From Candidatus Poribacteria bacterium (lineage in GTDB: Bacteria > Poribacteria > WGA-4E > PCPOR2b): 64,000 bases of DNA. The stretch covers positions 4,416,001 through 4,480,000 of the forward strand of contig OZ244587.1 of the NCBI GenBank assembly GCA_965218095.1, in the 5' to 3' direction. Shown piece by piece: positions 63,469 to 64,000 of the stretch (the first letter of the stretch is position 1; every line of letters starts with the position of its first letter). The notes beneath the pieces were generated by a model that made no database searches, was not told where the DNA came from, and worked only from the letters and a program-made list of their open reading frames with translations. The position numbers were made by a program, and so were the translations under genes.

Positions 63469-64000
63469 ATGTTTGAAAAGCTAAAAGAGATCGAGTCCAA
63501 ATTTTTAGAAATTGAAAAAGGATTAGCCGATCCCTCGCAAATTGCAGATCAACAAAAGTTACAACACCTCGCGAAGTCGCATGCTGAATTGGCGCCGATT
63601 GTCTCAAAGTATAAAGCATATCAAAAAACACAGAAGGAGATTGAAGAGACCTCCGCCCTGCTTGAACAGGAAACCGACGAGGAATTTATTGCCTTTGCGA
63701 AGCAGGAACTCGACGCGCTTACCGAATGGGGAGAGGAGTTGGAAACACAGCTCAAGGTTCTGATACTCCCGAGGGATGCGAATGATGAGAAGAATGTAAT
63801 TATGGAGATACGAGCAGGAACGGGCGGTGAAGAAGCGAGTTTATTCGCCGCAGAGCTTTTCCGGATGTATTCAAAATACGCCGAGCAGAACGGTTGCAAA
63901 ATAGAACTGTTTAATTCTCATGCGACGGGCTTGAAGGGCTTCAAAGAGATTATTTTTTCAGTCAGTGGGGCTCAGGCGTATGGCAAGCTAAAGTATGAAG
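63469..64000 (+). CDS. prfA: Peptide chain release factor 1 (partial, runs off window end)
   Basis: LPRDANDEKNVIMEIRAGTGGEEASLFA; follows rho-rpmE. Confidence 0.93.
   Translation, partial: MFEKLKEIESKFLEIEKGLADPSQIADQQKLQHLAKSHAELAPIVSKYKAYQKTQKEIEETSALLEQETDEEFIAFAKQELDALTEWGEELETQLKVLILPRDANDEKNVIMEIRAGTGGEEASLFAAELFRMYSKYAEQNGCKIELFNSHATGLKGFKEIIFSVSGAQAYGKLKYE

Overview
Chromosomal window from a diderm bacterium (lptF/lptG). The ECF-sigma/WD40 fusion, FG-GAP/ASPIC protein, sulfatase, PhyH remnant and several Gfo/Idh/MocA genes suggest Candidatus Poribacteria (inference). Core genes: sodA, T-box-controlled ilvB-ilvN-ilvC, mqnE-mqnA, hslVU, lptFG, a batA-like vWA gene, tRNA-Gly/Cys/Val, thrS, cysteine desulfurase, RluA-family synthase, rho, rpmE and a partial prfA. 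Mobile DNA is dense: one IS982, three IS5 copies, two copies of a 1111-bp IS plus a larger relative carrying cargo, a 1.5-kb IS with its own 50-bp MITE, a TGT..ACA MITE family with long target duplications, REP-like clusters and many pseudogenes. Two restriction-modification systems are present, one followed by a NucS-like nuclease and a destroyed STAND-like ATPase. Most notable: an intact GIY-YIG nuclease with a C-terminal membrane anchor inside a TIR/TSD-bounded element, an ORF-less group II intron, a probable UxxT selenoprotein peroxiredoxin split by the ORF track, and an orphan CRISPR-like mini-array. All calls were made by eye, with no database searches.
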